A DNA stretch of 64,000 nt from Bacilli bacterium (GCA_017936845.1 JAGBES010000013.1:18008-82007), one strand, 5' to 3'; counted from the first letter of the stretch, positions 1 through 11,186 are shown. The notes: generated from the letters alone by a model not told the origin. Made by a program: numbers and translations.

Positions 1-1
1 G

Positions 2-1003
2 GAAAATAATCTATACGATATAGCACTTGGTAATGAAGAAGATTTAAAAAAAGAAAAAGTAAAGGAAATAATTCCTTTTAATTCCGATATATACGGTATA
101 AAAGAACAACTTAAATTTCCTTATAGAAAATTAAAAAAACTAAAACCAGATATATTACATGTACCACATTATAATGTACCTATTTTTTATAGAGGAAAAA
201 TGGTAGTTACAATACATGATTTAACTCATTTAGTATTACCAGAATTTCTTCCAAATAAATTTGCCAAAATATATGCAAAAGTTATGATGGCAATAGCTAT
301 TAAAAAAGCATCTAAAATATTAACAGTATCACAAAATACTAAAAAAGATTTAATAAAATATTTCAAAGTAAATCCAGATAAAATAGAAGTTATATATATA
401 GGTGCAGGCGAAGAATTTAAAGAAGAAAAAGAAGAAGAATATAGTTATTTATATAAAAAATACAATATTAATAAAAAAGATAAAATTCTTATGTATGTAG
501 GTAATTTAAAACCACATAAGAATTTAGAAAAATTATTAGAAGCTTTTTCGTTATTAGATAATAAAGAAAAATACAAACTTTTACTAGTAGGTAAAGCATT
601 TAGTAACTATAGTAATATAATAAAAAGAGAAGAAGAATTAAAAATAAAAGATTATATTATACATACAGGGGTAGTAGATCAAAAAGAATTAGTTGATTTA
701 TATAATTTAACAGATTTATTCATATTTCCATCATTATATGAAGGATTTGGACTTCCAGTAATAGAAGCATTAGCATGTGCTACACCAGTAATAGCGTCTA
801 ATGTTTCATCAATACCCGAAGTTGGTGGAAAAGAAATAGGATATTTTGATCCAAGAAATGAAAAAGAAATAAAAAAACAAATAGAAAAGTATACAAATAA
901 AAAAATAACAAAAGAAGAAAAGGAAAAATATATAAATAGGGCAAAGTTTTTTGATTGGAAAAAAACAGCTTCAAAAACAAAAAAAATAATTGATAGTTTG
1001 TAA
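2..1003 (+). CDS. Glycosyltransferase family 4 (GT-B fold), 5' end cut by window edge
   Basis: The frame is open from nt 2 (..HVPHYNVPIFYRGK..), so the ORF-track Met at 200 is internal. C-terminal GT4 signature FIFPSLYEGFGLPVIEALACATPVIASNVSSIPEV. Confidence 0.8.
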   Translation, partial: ENNLYDIALGNEEDLKKEKVKEIIPFNSDIYGIKEQLKFPYRKLKKLKPDILHVPHYNVPIFYRGKMVVTIHDLTHLVLPEFLPNKFAKIYAKVMMAIAIKKASKILTVSQNTKKDLIKYFKVNPDKIEVIYIGAGEEFKEEKEEEYSYLYKKYNINKKDKILMYVGNLKPHKNLEKLLEAFSLLDNKEKYKLLLVGKAFSNYSNIIKREEELKIKDYIIHTGVVDQKELVDLYNLTDLFIFPSLYEGFGLPVIEALACATPVIASNVSSIPEVGGKEIGYFDPRNEKEIKKQIEKYTNKKITKEEKEKYINRAKFFDWKKTASKTKKIIDSL

Positions 1004-1013
1004 GGATGATATT

Positions 1014-2285
1014 ATGAAAAAAAATTGGAAATTAATTTTATGTTATGTGGTAATATTTTGTTATATTGTATTAGGAAATGCTATGACATTTAATTTTGGT
1101 AATAGATTACCATTTAAAATATCAGAATTACTTTCCATGTTTTTAATTTTTTTTCTATTAATAGATAAAAAAGAAAAATTAAAAATATCTACATTTAATT
1201 TTAAATTATTAATATGGCTTCTAATAGGATTTATATCATTAATAATTAATACAATTAAATTTGGTTATTCAATAAGTAGTTCATTATATGGAGCATTATA
1301 TGGGTTAAGGATAATTCACTTAATGCTATTATGTTACCTAATAAAAGATTATTTTAAAGAAAATAAAATAGATGTAAAAAAAATTTTTAATTTTATTATT
1401 AATTGTTATATTATTGTTTGTATAATAGGTTTTATTCAATTAATATTTTATCCTAAAGCTTATGATTTTTATAATATTTTCTATAATATTGGTGTATATT
1501 TTCCAAATGCGGATCCACATGTTGGAAGATTAATTTCGACATATTTTGATCCAAATTACCTTGCTGCATGCTTACTTATACCAACAGCAATATGCTTAAT
1601 ATATTGGAATAAATATAATGAAAAAAAATATTTTATTAAATTTTTAATTTTATCAATAACAATAATGTTAACTGTTTCAAGATCAGGATTATTAGGATAT
1701 TTGATAGTTATATTTTTATTTACTATAAATAGCTTTAAAATAGAACAGAAAAAACTTAAAATTGATAAAAAAATATTAAAACTAGTTTTATGTATAGGTA
1801 TTGTGTTAGTAATGTTATTTTTATCAGGTAAATCAAGAGTAATTAATAGAGTAGTAAATTCCTCAAGTGATAAATCCACATACTATAGATTTGATAATTG
1901 GCAATATAGTCTAGACATTATAAAAGATAATAGTTTAATAGGAGTTGGATATAATCTAATAGGTACATATTCAGATGTTAATTTAGATGTTATAAGAGGA
2001 GAATCTGTTAAATATGGAAGTGATTCATCATTATTATTAATTGCCATGACAACTGGAATGATAGGATTTACATATTTTATAATTATGATTATAAAATATA
2101 TAATTGAAAATATAAAATTAAAAAAGAAAAATTCCATATATTCTATTGCTATATTAATTTTAATACCTGCATTAATCTGTTGTAATTTTAATAATGTATT
2201 ATTTTATACACTGTGGATGTTTCCAATGTTACTGATATTTAATATTTTAGAAGGAGAAAAATATGAAGATAGGGATAGATGCTAG
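1014..2285 (+). CDS. O-antigen polymerase/ligase-like (Wzy-type) polytopic membrane protein
   Basis: About 10-12 hydrophobic helices and a TVSRSGLLGY segment typical of the Wzy_C/O-antigen ligase domain. Start moved to ATG 1014 (MKKNWKL), preceded by AAGGA. Flanked by glycosyltransferases and Wzx. Confidence 0.6.
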   Translation: MKKNWKLILCYVVIFCYIVLGNAMTFNFGNRLPFKISELLSMFLIFFLLIDKKEKLKISTFNFKLLIWLLIGFISLIINTIKFGYSISSSLYGALYGLRIIHLMLLCYLIKDYFKENKIDVKKIFNFIINCYIIVCIIGFIQLIFYPKAYDFYNIFYNIGVYFPNADPHVGRLISTYFDPNYLAACLLIPTAICLIYWNKYNEKKYFIKFLILSITIMLTVSRSGLLGYLIVIFLFTINSFKIEQKKLKIDKKILKLVLCIGIVLVMLFLSGKSRVINRVVNSSSDKSTYYRFDNWQYSLDIIKDNSLIGVGYNLIGTYSDVNLDVIRGESVKYGSDSSLLLIAMTTGMIGFTYFIIMIIKYIIENIKLKKKNSIYSIAILILIPALICCNFNNVLFYTLWMFPMLLIFNILEGEKYEDRDRC

Positions 2286-3375
2286 ACCACTTGTAGAAAA
2301 GAAAACTGGTATAGGAACTTATTTAAATGAAATATTAAAAGAAATAAACAAGATAGATAAAGAAAATGAATATTATCTTTATTCAAATAAAAAAATTGTA
2401 CTTGATTTTGAACTAAATAAAAATTTTAAAATATGTGAACATTCATATAAGATTGGAACATTTTTTGTTTTATATAAATTATCAAAAATATTAAAAAAAG
2501 ATAATATAGATTTATTTTGGGGAACAGAACACTGTTTACCAAGAAAAAAAGAAAAAACAAAGTATCTTTTAACAATACATGATTTGGCACTAAAAAAAAT
2601 GCCAAGTGTAGGTAAATTCTATAATGTTTTAATACAAAACTTTATATTAAAGAAATCTTGTGATAATGCTGATAAAATAATAGCAGTTTCAAAAAGTACA
2701 AAAAAAGACTTGATAGAATTATTAAAAATAAATGATGAAAAAATAAAAGTTATTTATCCAAATGGTAAACAAACAAGAAAATATAATTTGAAAGAAAGTG
2801 AAGAAAGAGAAATAGAAAAAAAATACAATATAAGTAAAAATAACTTTCTATTTTTCCTAAGTACAATAGAACCAAGAAAAAATATTATAACTTTGGTAAA
2901 AGCCTTTGAAAAGTTAAAAGAAAAAAATAAAAATTTAAAATTAGTATTATCTGGTGGATTAGGTTGGAAATACAAAAAAACACTAAAAGTTATCGAAAAA
3001 TCAAAATATAAAAAAGATATAATTTTAACAGGATATATAAATGAATGTGAAAAAGAATATTTATTTAAAAATGCTAGTTGTTTTGTCTATCCATCATTAT
3101 ATGAAGGATTTGGAATACCTATATTAGAAGCAATGAATAATAATCAAATTGTTGTAACATCAAATATTTCATCAATACCAGAAGTAGGAGAAGAAGCAGC
3201 TTTTTATTATGATAATGTATTAGATTCAAATTCATTAAAGGATACAATAGATAAGGTTTTAAAATTAACAGAAGAAGAAAGAAAAGAATATATAAAAAAA
3301 GGACAAGCACAAGTAAAAAAATTTTCCTGGGAAAAGTGTGCTAAGGAAATTATAGACGAAATAAATAAAATGTAG
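2263..3375 (+). CDS. Glycosyltransferase family 4
   Basis: MKIGIDARPL.. N-terminus and the motif VYPSLYEGFGIPILEAMNNNQIVVTSNISSIPEVGEEAA. GAAGGAG RBS. Overlaps the upstream gene end. Confidence 0.85.
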   Translation: MKIGIDARPLVEKKTGIGTYLNEILKEINKIDKENEYYLYSNKKIVLDFELNKNFKICEHSYKIGTFFVLYKLSKILKKDNIDLFWGTEHCLPRKKEKTKYLLTIHDLALKKMPSVGKFYNVLIQNFILKKSCDNADKIIAVSKSTKKDLIELLKINDEKIKVIYPNGKQTRKYNLKESEEREIEKKYNISKNNFLFFLSTIEPRKNIITLVKAFEKLKEKNKNLKLVLSGGLGWKYKKTLKVIEKSKYKKDIILTGYINECEKEYLFKNASCFVYPSLYEGFGIPILEAMNNNQIVVTSNISSIPEVGEEAAFYYDNVLDSNSLKDTIDKVLKLTEEERKEYIKKGQAQVKKFSWEKCAKEIIDEINKM

Positions 3376-3383
3376 GTGATTAG

Positions 3384-4304
3384 ATGGATAAAGTATCAAT
3401 AATAATTCCAACATATAAAAGAACAAATGAATTAAAAAGAGCAATTGATAGTGCAATAAAACAAACATATAAAAATATAGAAATAATAGTAATAGATGAC
3501 AATGCCAAAAATATAGAAATAAGAAAGCAAGTAGAAGAAATAATGAAAAACTATCCTACGGTTAAATATATTCAAAATAAAGAAAATTTAGGTGGAGCTC
3601 TAACTAGAAATGTAGGAATTCAAACTGCTACAGGAAAGTTTGTTTCATTTTTAGATGATGATGATGAATTCTATGAAGAAAAAGTAGAAAAACAAGTAAA
3701 TTTATATAAAAAATTAGATAATAAAAACTGCTGTATGATATATTGTTATGCCAACAGAATAACAAGCAATAAAAAAATAGTAGGAATTGAACATAAAGAT
3801 TTTGAAGGTAAACAATTATATAACCATATGATGGGTGGAATTGCTGTAACAAGTTCATGGCTTTGTCCAAAAGATAAACTTTTAGAAGTAGGCGGATTTG
3901 ATGATGTACCATGTCAACAAGAAGGTACACTTTTACTTAAATTACTAGCAAAAAATTATGAAGTTTATAGAGTACCAGAAGTATTATTTTTGTTTTATGT
4001 TCATAATAAATTAGATGGAAGTGGAATAACAAATATAAACGAAAAATATATAAATGGAAAATTAAATTATATAGAAAAATGTAGAAAAAATTATGACAAA
4101 TTAAATCAAAGACAAAGAATAAATGTTGAATATCACTTCTCTGTAGAATTATTTAACTTATATTGTTATACAAAAGATAGAAAAAATATGTTGATATATT
4201 TAAAGAAACAATTAAAACAAAAACCAATTAATAAAGAAACAATAAAAAGTATAATTAAATTTATATTTTTAAAAAGTTATATAAAAAGAAGTGTAAATAA
4301 ATAG
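3384..4304 (+). CDS. Glycosyltransferase family 2
   Basis: VSIIIPTYKRTNELKRAIDSAIKQTY..IEIIVIDDN...LDDDDEF (GT-A with DxD motif). Confidence 0.85.
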   Translation: MDKVSIIIPTYKRTNELKRAIDSAIKQTYKNIEIIVIDDNAKNIEIRKQVEEIMKNYPTVKYIQNKENLGGALTRNVGIQTATGKFVSFLDDDDEFYEEKVEKQVNLYKKLDNKNCCMIYCYANRITSNKKIVGIEHKDFEGKQLYNHMMGGIAVTSSWLCPKDKLLEVGGFDDVPCQQEGTLLLKLLAKNYEVYRVPEVLFLFYVHNKLDGSGITNINEKYINGKLNYIEKCRKNYDKLNQRQRINVEYHFSVELFNLYCYTKDRKNMLIYLKKQLKQKPINKETIKSIIKFIFLKSYIKRSVNK

Positions 4305-4312
4305 GAGAGTTT

Positions 4313-5170
4313 ATGATAGAAATATATTATGAAAGTATAAAAAATAAATTATTAAACATATTAAATCCATTAAAATATAAAATAATTCCTATTAAAAATG
4401 GACTGAATCAAACACAAAGAAAAACTAAAATAATAGTATCATTAACAAGTATTCCATCTAGATTTTCAAAACTTCCATTATGTATAGAGGGATTACTAAG
4501 ACAAAGTATGAAACCAGATGAGATTATCTTATATTTAGGAATAGAAAATAAAAATATAGAATTGCCAAAACAATTAATAGAACAAACAAAAAAGGGTTTA
4601 ACTATAGAATATAGAGAAGATTTAAAACCACATACTAAATATTATTATGCAATACAAGAACATAAAAATGATATTGTAATAACAGTAGATGATGATATTT
4701 ATTATGATAAAGATCTAATAAAAATTTTATATAATTCATATTTAAAATATCCTAAAGCTATTTCATGTATGAGACCACATAAAATAACATTTAATAAAGA
4801 TATAAATCCATATAATTTATGGAAAATGGAATATAGTGAAGAAGATTCGGTAATACCTAGTCATTATTTATTTGCAACAGGAGTAGGTGGTGTTTTATAT
4901 CCACCGAATATATTACCTAAAGAAACATTTGATATAGAAAATATAAAAAAATATTCTTTTAAACAAGATGATTTATGGTTAAAATTTATAGAATTAAAAA
5001 ATGATATTAAAGTAGTAAAAGCATCAAAGAAGAAATATCACTTGTATACAATAAAAGATACGCAAAAAATATCTTTAAGACAAGATAATGTGTCTAAAAA
5101 TCAAAATGATATATATATAAATAAATTATACAAATATTTTAAAATAAATAAAAATAATTTTTATGAATAG
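4313..5170 (+). CDS. Putative glycosyltransferase (GT-A-like, DDD motif), family not recognised
   Basis: IIVSLTSIPSRFSKLPLCIEGLLRQSMKPDEIILYL and ITVDDDIYYD. Embedded in the polysaccharide operon with a GGAGAG RBS. Confidence 0.45.
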   Translation: MIEIYYESIKNKLLNILNPLKYKIIPIKNGLNQTQRKTKIIVSLTSIPSRFSKLPLCIEGLLRQSMKPDEIILYLGIENKNIELPKQLIEQTKKGLTIEYREDLKPHTKYYYAIQEHKNDIVITVDDDIYYDKDLIKILYNSYLKYPKAISCMRPHKITFNKDINPYNLWKMEYSEEDSVIPSHYLFATGVGGVLYPPNILPKETFDIENIKKYSFKQDDLWLKFIELKNDIKVVKASKKKYHLYTIKDTQKISLRQDNVSKNQNDIYINKLYKYFKINKNNFYE

Positions 5171-5182
5171 GATGATATATTA

Positions 5183-6733
5183 ATGAGAAGTAAGAAATCA
5201 ACAAAAAATGCATTTATATCTGTATTTTATTATTTTTTAAATTCAATATTTACATTTATATCCAAAACAGTACTTATAACATATTTAGGTATTGAATATA
5301 ATGGACTTAATTCATTAACAACAAACCTTTTAGGCGTTTTGAATATAGCTGAATTAGGTCTTAGCACAGCTGTAGGATATTCTTTATATAAACCATTAGC
5401 ACAAAATGATAAAGAAAAAATAAATGAAATATTAACACTATATAAATATTTATATAGAATAGTTGCTATAGTAGTTGGATTCTTGGGTATTATAACTGCA
5501 TTTTTACTTCCATTATTTGTTCATTCAAATTTAGATATGAAAACAATAGAACTTTCATTTATATTATATTTAATTGCAACAGTTATATCATATTTATTTA
5601 CATATTTAAATGTATTACCATCTGCTGATCAAAAAAATTATATGATTGTTAAATTACAAGGTAATGGAAAATTAATAAAAAATATTGTTCAAATAATAGA
5701 ATTAGTAATATTTAAAAATTATTATATTTGGTTAATAATAGAAATATTATTTAATATTATAATTTACACATATACTAATTATAAAATAAAAAAAGATTAT
5801 AATTGGTATAATAGTAATATTTCCTTAACATTCAAAGAATTATTAAAAAAATATAAATCCATTGTTATAAAAACAAGAGACTTGATTTGTCATAAAATTG
5901 GAGGCTTAGTCGTATATCAATCTGATAATATTGTTATATCATATTTTTGTAATTTAGCTATAGTAGGAACGTATAGTAATTATTTGTTAATATTTACATT
6001 ATTAACAGGTTGCATTGAACAAGCCTTTGCAGGAGTAACTGCTTCAATTGGAAATCTCATTGTAGAAAAAGACAATAAAAAAGTATATGAAACATGGAAA
6101 GAATTACATATTATATTTATTTTCATAGCAACCTTATTTAGTTTTCTATTTTATGAATTATCCAAATCTTTTATAACAATATGGGTTGGAAGTGAATACT
6201 TATTAGAAGACGCTGTTGTATTTGCCATTGCTTTAAATATAATGTTTAAAATAATAAAATGTCCAATAGATAAGTTCAAAGAAGCATATGGTATATTTTG
6301 GGATAAAGGAGCTCCTTTATTTGAAGCAACGATTAATTTAATTGTTTCAATTGTATTAGCAAAAAAAATAGGAATATTAGGAGTAGTTATTGGAACAATT
6401 GTAAGTAATATGATAATAACAGCTATGTGGAAACCGTATGTTGTATTTAAATATGGATTTAAAGAAAAAATAAAAAAATATATTTTTCTTACATTAAGGT
6501 TTTATATAATAGGTATATTATCAGTTTTAATTGCTAACTTTATAGGATCATATATTAGTATAGAAGCAACAAATATATTTAACTTAATTTTATTATTTAT
6601 TGTTTATGGACTAACAAATACTATTATTATATTTGTAATATTCATGATAGATAAAGAATTTAGAAATATTGTTATTAAATATATAAAAATGTTAAAAAAT
6701 ATATTAAAACCCAAAAAAATAGAGAACTCATAA
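5183..6733 (+). CDS. Polysaccharide flippase, MOP/Wzx family
   Basis: 516 aa with about 12-14 TM helices and the N-terminal pattern typical of Wzx-type exporters. Last gene of the GT operon. Confidence 0.7.
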   Translation: MRSKKSTKNAFISVFYYFLNSIFTFISKTVLITYLGIEYNGLNSLTTNLLGVLNIAELGLSTAVGYSLYKPLAQNDKEKINEILTLYKYLYRIVAIVVGFLGIITAFLLPLFVHSNLDMKTIELSFILYLIATVISYLFTYLNVLPSADQKNYMIVKLQGNGKLIKNIVQIIELVIFKNYYIWLIIEILFNIIIYTYTNYKIKKDYNWYNSNISLTFKELLKKYKSIVIKTRDLICHKIGGLVVYQSDNIVISYFCNLAIVGTYSNYLLIFTLLTGCIEQAFAGVTASIGNLIVEKDNKKVYETWKELHIIFIFIATLFSFLFYELSKSFITIWVGSEYLLEDAVVFAIALNIMFKIIKCPIDKFKEAYGIFWDKGAPLFEATINLIVSIVLAKKIGILGVVIGTIVSNMIITAMWKPYVVFKYGFKEKIKKYIFLTLRFYIIGILSVLIANFIGSYISIEATNIFNLILLFIVYGLTNTIIIFVIFMIDKEFRNIVIKYIKMLKNILKPKKIENS

Positions 6734-6748
6734 TTAGAGTTCTTTTTA
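6721..6748 (+). terminator. Rho-independent terminator after wzx-like gene
   Basis: agaactc-ataatta-gagttct followed by tttt. The stop codon lies in the loop. Confidence 0.55.
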
Positions 6749-6805
6749 TAAAATTTAAATATAGAAATATAAAAATAAATATGTTATATTAGTATGGGTG
6801 ATATT

Positions 6806-7738
6806 ATGAAAAACGAATTAAAAAAAATAGTATTAAGTATTATAACATTTATATTTGTAATTATTTTAACTTTAACTATAACGATATATAGTATAAGAAA
6901 AATAAGTAAAACATATTTAGAAAAAGAAGAAATAAAAAATATAATTTATAAAATAGATGTAACAGAAATATTAAAAGATAAAGCAGGAAAAGAATTAAAA
7001 GAAATAACGGATATAAAAAAAGAAATAACAGATTCAGGAATACCTGTAGAATCAGTAGAATCATTTCTAAATACAAAAGAAGTAAAAAATTATGTAGGAG
7101 ATATTGTAAGTGATTCAATAAATAATGAAATAAATAACCAAGATAAAAAAATATATAGTTCAGAAGAAATAAATTCATTTTTAGAAAATAATATAAATTC
7201 AATATCAAAAGAATTGCAAGAAAAAAATATTAAAGGAAGTGAATTATTAACAGAAGAAAATCAACAAAAATTTCTAGAAAAAATAAAAGAAAAAACACCA
7301 AGTATAGAAGAAAAAATAGATAATATAATAAATAATAAAACAAGTAAATATAAAAATAAAATAGATAAAATGCTAAATATAATGAGACTATTTTATAGTA
7401 AAAAAATATTAATAATTTTAACAATAATAAGTATAATATCAGTAATAATAATTATTTTATCAAGAAAAAGTATTTATAAATCATTAAAATGGATAGGATT
7501 ATCATTTGTTTTTTCAAGTATCTTATTGTTAATAACAAATATAATAGTAAAATATATCATAAATAATATAACAACAGAAATAATAAAAAAATATATGAAT
7601 ATAATATTTGAAAATATAATATTGTTAACTAAAAAAGAGGGAATAATATATTTATTAATAGGAATTACATTGGTAATAATAAATATAATAATTTATATAA
7701 TAAAAACTAAATCAATTGAAAATAAAGAAAAAATATAG
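6806..7738 (+). CDS. Membrane protein of unknown function (N-terminal TM, Lys/Glu-rich coiled region, C-terminal multi-TM)
   Basis: Long ORF. Start set to ATG 6806 because GGTGAT lies 3 nt upstream, the dominant RBS pattern in this window. No recognisable motif. Confidence 0.5.
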   Translation: MKNELKKIVLSIITFIFVIILTLTITIYSIRKISKTYLEKEEIKNIIYKIDVTEILKDKAGKELKEITDIKKEITDSGIPVESVESFLNTKEVKNYVGDIVSDSINNEINNQDKKIYSSEEINSFLENNINSISKELQEKNIKGSELLTEENQQKFLEKIKEKTPSIEEKIDNIINNKTSKYKNKIDKMLNIMRLFYSKKILIILTIISIISVIIIILSRKSIYKSLKWIGLSFVFSSILLLITNIIVKYIINNITTEIIKKYMNIIFENIILLTKKEGIIYLLIGITLVIINIIIYIIKTKSIENKEKI

Positions 7739-7767
7739 TAAAATATAACGAAGATTGGAATGATAAT

Positions 7768-8733
7768 ATGGGATTATTTAAATTTAAAAATTTATTCAAA
7801 AAAAACGATAAAGACTTAAAAAGTTATGATAAAGGACTAGAAAAAACAAGAAAAGAATTTACATCTAAATTAAACTTATTAACATTAAAACATAATAAAA
7901 TAGACGAAGAATACTTTGAAGAATTAGAAGAAATATTAATAAGTGCTGACATAGGTGTAAATACAGTAATTAATTTTATTGATAAACTAAAAAAAAGAGT
8001 CAAACACGAAAATATAAAAGATGCAGAAGAATTAAAAGAAATAATCGTTGATGAGATGTTTATCATCTATGTAGAAAATGAAATAATAGTAAATAAAATA
8101 AACTATGCAGAAAATGGACCAACGGTAATATTATTTGTAGGTGTAAATGGTGTAGGAAAAACAACTACGATAGGTAAATTAGCATATAAATTAAAAGAAG
8201 AAGGAAAAAAAGTTTTATTAATAGCAGGAGATACATTTAGAGCAGGAGCTATAGAACAATTAAATGAATGGGGAAGTAAAATAGGATGTGAAACTGTTTA
8301 TAAAGAAGAAAGAGATCCAGCAAGTGTTATATATGATGGACTTATAAAAGCAAAAAATGAAAATTATGATGTGGTTTTAATAGATACAGCAGGAAGACTT
8401 CAAAATAAAGTAAATTTAATGAATGAATTAGAAAAAATAAATAAAGTAATTGCAAATATAATAGAAGGTGCACCACATGAAACATTACTTGTAATAGATG
8501 CGACTACTGGTCAAAATGGAATAAGTCAAGCAAAAAGTTTTAAAGAAATAACAAATGTAACAGGAATAGTTCTTACAAAATTAGATGGGACAGCAAAAGG
8601 TGGAATAGTACTAGCAATTAAAGATAGTGTAAAAATACCAGTTAAATATATTGGCCTTGGAGAATCAAAAGAAGACTTAAAAGTATTTGATATAGAAAAA
8701 TATATTTATGGTCTATTTAAAGAAATGGAGTAA
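7768..8733 (+). CDS. ftsY: Signal recognition particle receptor FtsY
   Basis: GVNGVGKTTTIGKLA (G1), DTAGRL (G3), TKLDGTAKGG (G4). Confidence 0.95.
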   Translation: MGLFKFKNLFKKNDKDLKSYDKGLEKTRKEFTSKLNLLTLKHNKIDEEYFEELEEILISADIGVNTVINFIDKLKKRVKHENIKDAEELKEIIVDEMFIIYVENEIIVNKINYAENGPTVILFVGVNGVGKTTTIGKLAYKLKEEGKKVLLIAGDTFRAGAIEQLNEWGSKIGCETVYKEERDPASVIYDGLIKAKNENYDVVLIDTAGRLQNKVNLMNELEKINKVIANIIEGAPHETLLVIDATTGQNGISQAKSFKEITNVTGIVLTKLDGTAKGGIVLAIKDSVKIPVKYIGLGESKEDLKVFDIEKYIYGLFKEME

Positions 8734-8737
8734 TAAA

Positions 8738-9013
8738 ATGAAAGAAAAAAAATTAATAGATTCAAAAGGAAGAATAAATCACTTAGGATTATTAATACAA
8801 GTTGTATTAATAGTACTTTTTATTATTTTTGCTATTTCAAATATGTTTATAAAAGGTTTAGATTTAGTAGCTAATTATATATTAATCGCTTTATTATTTG
8901 TTATGGCATATAACAATCATACATTATATAAAAGAAAAGCAATGACAATAGTATATATATCAGTTAGTATAATTCTATTAGTTACAACAATAATTACAAA
9001 TATTAATGGATAA
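8738..9013 (+). CDS. Small membrane protein (3 predicted TM), unknown function
   Basis: ATG 8738 follows GGAG. Hydrophobic segments LLIQVVLIVLFIIFAI, ILIALLFVMAY and IVYISVSIILLV. Confidence 0.45.
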   Translation: MKEKKLIDSKGRINHLGLLIQVVLIVLFIIFAISNMFIKGLDLVANYILIALLFVMAYNNHTLYKRKAMTIVYISVSIILLVTTIITNING

Positions 9014-9299
9014 ACAAATATATATAACTTCTTTATATGATATATATAGTAATTTACTTACAGAAAAACAGAAAAAATATTTTGAAGACTATTACTTTGA
9101 AAACTTATCATTAAAAGAAATAAGCGAAAACTATAATGTAAGTAGAAATGCAATACATAATTCAATAAAAGAAGTAGAAGAAAAATTAAATTATTATGAA
9201 AATAATTTAAATATATATGAAAAAATAGAAAAAATAAAAAAAATTGTAACTAAAATAGATAATATTCAGATAAAAGAAGAAATAGAAAATATATTATAA
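9006..9299 (+). CDS. ylxM: YlxM/UPF0122 putative helix-turn-helix protein
   Basis: LLTEKQKKYFEDYYFENLSLKEISENYNVSRNAIHNSIK matches the sigma-70 region-4-like YlxM family. Conserved position after ftsY. Confidence 0.8.
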   Translation: MDKQIYITSLYDIYSNLLTEKQKKYFEDYYFENLSLKEISENYNVSRNAIHNSIKEVEEKLNYYENNLNIYEKIEKIKKIVTKIDNIQIKEEIENIL

Positions 9300-9310
9300 A
9301 AAATTAATAA

Positions 9311-9345
9311 CTATACAATGTAAATAAATTGTGTAGTTTTTTTTT
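9311..9345 (+). terminator. Rho-independent terminator after ylxM
   Basis: 9-bp stem ctatacaat/attgtgtag, 8-nt loop, then T9. Confidence 0.8.
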
Positions 9346-9407
9346 ATTATAGCTAAAATTAAATAAAGATGGTATAATATAAAAAGATAATAGAAAGGGT
9401 TGTTAAT

Positions 9408-11162
9408 ATGTTTGGAGAAATAGTATATATAAATGATAATGTTGCACATATAAAAATAAAAGAAGGAACACCTATATCAGAAGATTTAATGAATATACAT
9501 GTTATATTTGAAGACGAAAAGAAAAAAATACTAGGTGAAGTAGAAGATATAACAAAAGAAATTATTAAAATAAGATTTTTAGGAGAAATAGTAAATAATA
9601 AATTTGTAGGTGGAGTAATTAGAAAACCTAATTTATCATCAGAAATAAGAGTAATAACAAAAGAAGAATTTGGTCTTATAGTAGGAGAAAATAATACATC
9701 AAGTATGAATTTAGGAGTATCACCTTTATATGATGATTATCCAATATATGTAAATATAAATGATTTATTCTCAAATCATATGGCTATCTTTGGTAATACA
9801 GGAAGCGGTAAATCATGGGGACTTGCTAGATTACTTCAAAATGTATTTGAAAATAAAAATGTTGTACCATTTAGATCAAATTTCTTAATATTTGATGCTT
9901 ACGGAGAATACCATACAGCATTTAAAGAAATAAACAAAATAAATCCTAATTTCAATTTTAAATATTTTACAACAAATGTAAATGACCAAGAAGGAAGCCT
10001 ACTTAAAATGCCTATATTCTTATTTGGCGTAGATGATTTAGCTTTATTCTTAGGAGCAACAGAACATTCACAACTTCCAATAATAGAAAAAATGCTAAAA
10101 CTGGTAAGAATATTTGCAGATTCAGATGAGATGAATGAAGACTATAAAAATCACTTGATAGCAAAAGCTATAATGAATATTTTATATACAAATCAAACAT
10201 CTACAAGTAAAAGAAATGATATATTTTCAATTTTAAATGATTGTAGTACTTCAAAATTTAATTTAGAAGCACCAGTACAAGGACTTGGATATACAAGAAA
10301 ATTTAGAGATTGCTTTATAATAGATAAAGAAGGAAGCTTTACAGAAAGTATATTAGTTACAGAATATATATCATCATTTATAAATCCTGATTTAGATGTT
10401 TATGAATCCAAGGGAAATAATTTTTATACATTAAAAGATTTAGAGAAAGCATTAGATTTTACATTAATAAGTGAAGGAATGTTAAAAAATGAGAAAACAT
10501 ATAGTGATGCGATTGCTCTTAAAGTAAGATTACATTCAATTATTATAAGTGAAAATGCTAAATATTTTGATTATCCAAACTACATAGATTTAAATAATTA
10601 TATTGCTTCTTTAGTTACTTGTAAATCCGGATACAAAGCTCAAATAATAAATTTTAACTTAGAAGATATAGAAGATTCTATGGCTAAAGTTATAACAAAA
10701 GTATATACAAGAATGTTATTTGATTTTACTAAAAAATTACCAGATAGAGCATCTATACCATTCCATATCTTTTTAGAAGAAGCACATAGATACGTTCAAA
10801 ATGATAATGACAAAAATCTGCTTGGATATAATATATTTGATAGAGTAGCAAAAGAAGGAAGAAAATATGGATTAATATTTAACTTAATAAGTCAAAGACC
10901 AGTAGAAATATCAGAAACAGTTATATCACAATGTAGTAATTTTATGATATTTAAAATGAATCATCCAAGAGATCTTGAATATATTAAAAAGATGTTACCA
11001 AATATTAATCAAGAAATAATAGATAAACAAAAAAGTTTACAACCAGGTACTTGTGTAGCATTTGGTAAAGCATTTAAAATACCACTTATTATAAAAATGA
11101 CTCCACCTAATCCAGCACCATATTCAAGTAACTGTGATGTTGAAAATAGATGGAAAGCATAA
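9408..11162 (+). CDS. HerA-like (DUF87-type) P-loop ATPase
   Basis: N-terminal barrel-like segment, Walker A FGNTGSGKSW, Walker B-like FHIFLEEAHRY, and LISQRP. Own TGgTATAAT -10 and AAGGG RBS. Confidence 0.6.
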   Translation: MFGEIVYINDNVAHIKIKEGTPISEDLMNIHVIFEDEKKKILGEVEDITKEIIKIRFLGEIVNNKFVGGVIRKPNLSSEIRVITKEEFGLIVGENNTSSMNLGVSPLYDDYPIYVNINDLFSNHMAIFGNTGSGKSWGLARLLQNVFENKNVVPFRSNFLIFDAYGEYHTAFKEINKINPNFNFKYFTTNVNDQEGSLLKMPIFLFGVDDLALFLGATEHSQLPIIEKMLKLVRIFADSDEMNEDYKNHLIAKAIMNILYTNQTSTSKRNDIFSILNDCSTSKFNLEAPVQGLGYTRKFRDCFIIDKEGSFTESILVTEYISSFINPDLDVYESKGNNFYTLKDLEKALDFTLISEGMLKNEKTYSDAIALKVRLHSIIISENAKYFDYPNYIDLNNYIASLVTCKSGYKAQIINFNLEDIEDSMAKVITKVYTRMLFDFTKKLPDRASIPFHIFLEEAHRYVQNDNDKNLLGYNIFDRVAKEGRKYGLIFNLISQRPVEISETVISQCSNFMIFKMNHPRDLEYIKKMLPNINQEIIDKQKSLQPGTCVAFGKAFKIPLIIKMTPPNPAPYSSNCDVENRWKA

Positions 11163-11186
11163 AAAGCATATTATTATGCTTTTTTA
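11161..11186 (+). terminator. Rho-independent terminator after HerA-like gene
   Basis: aaaagcata-ttat-tatgctttt followed by a T-run. Confidence 0.8.
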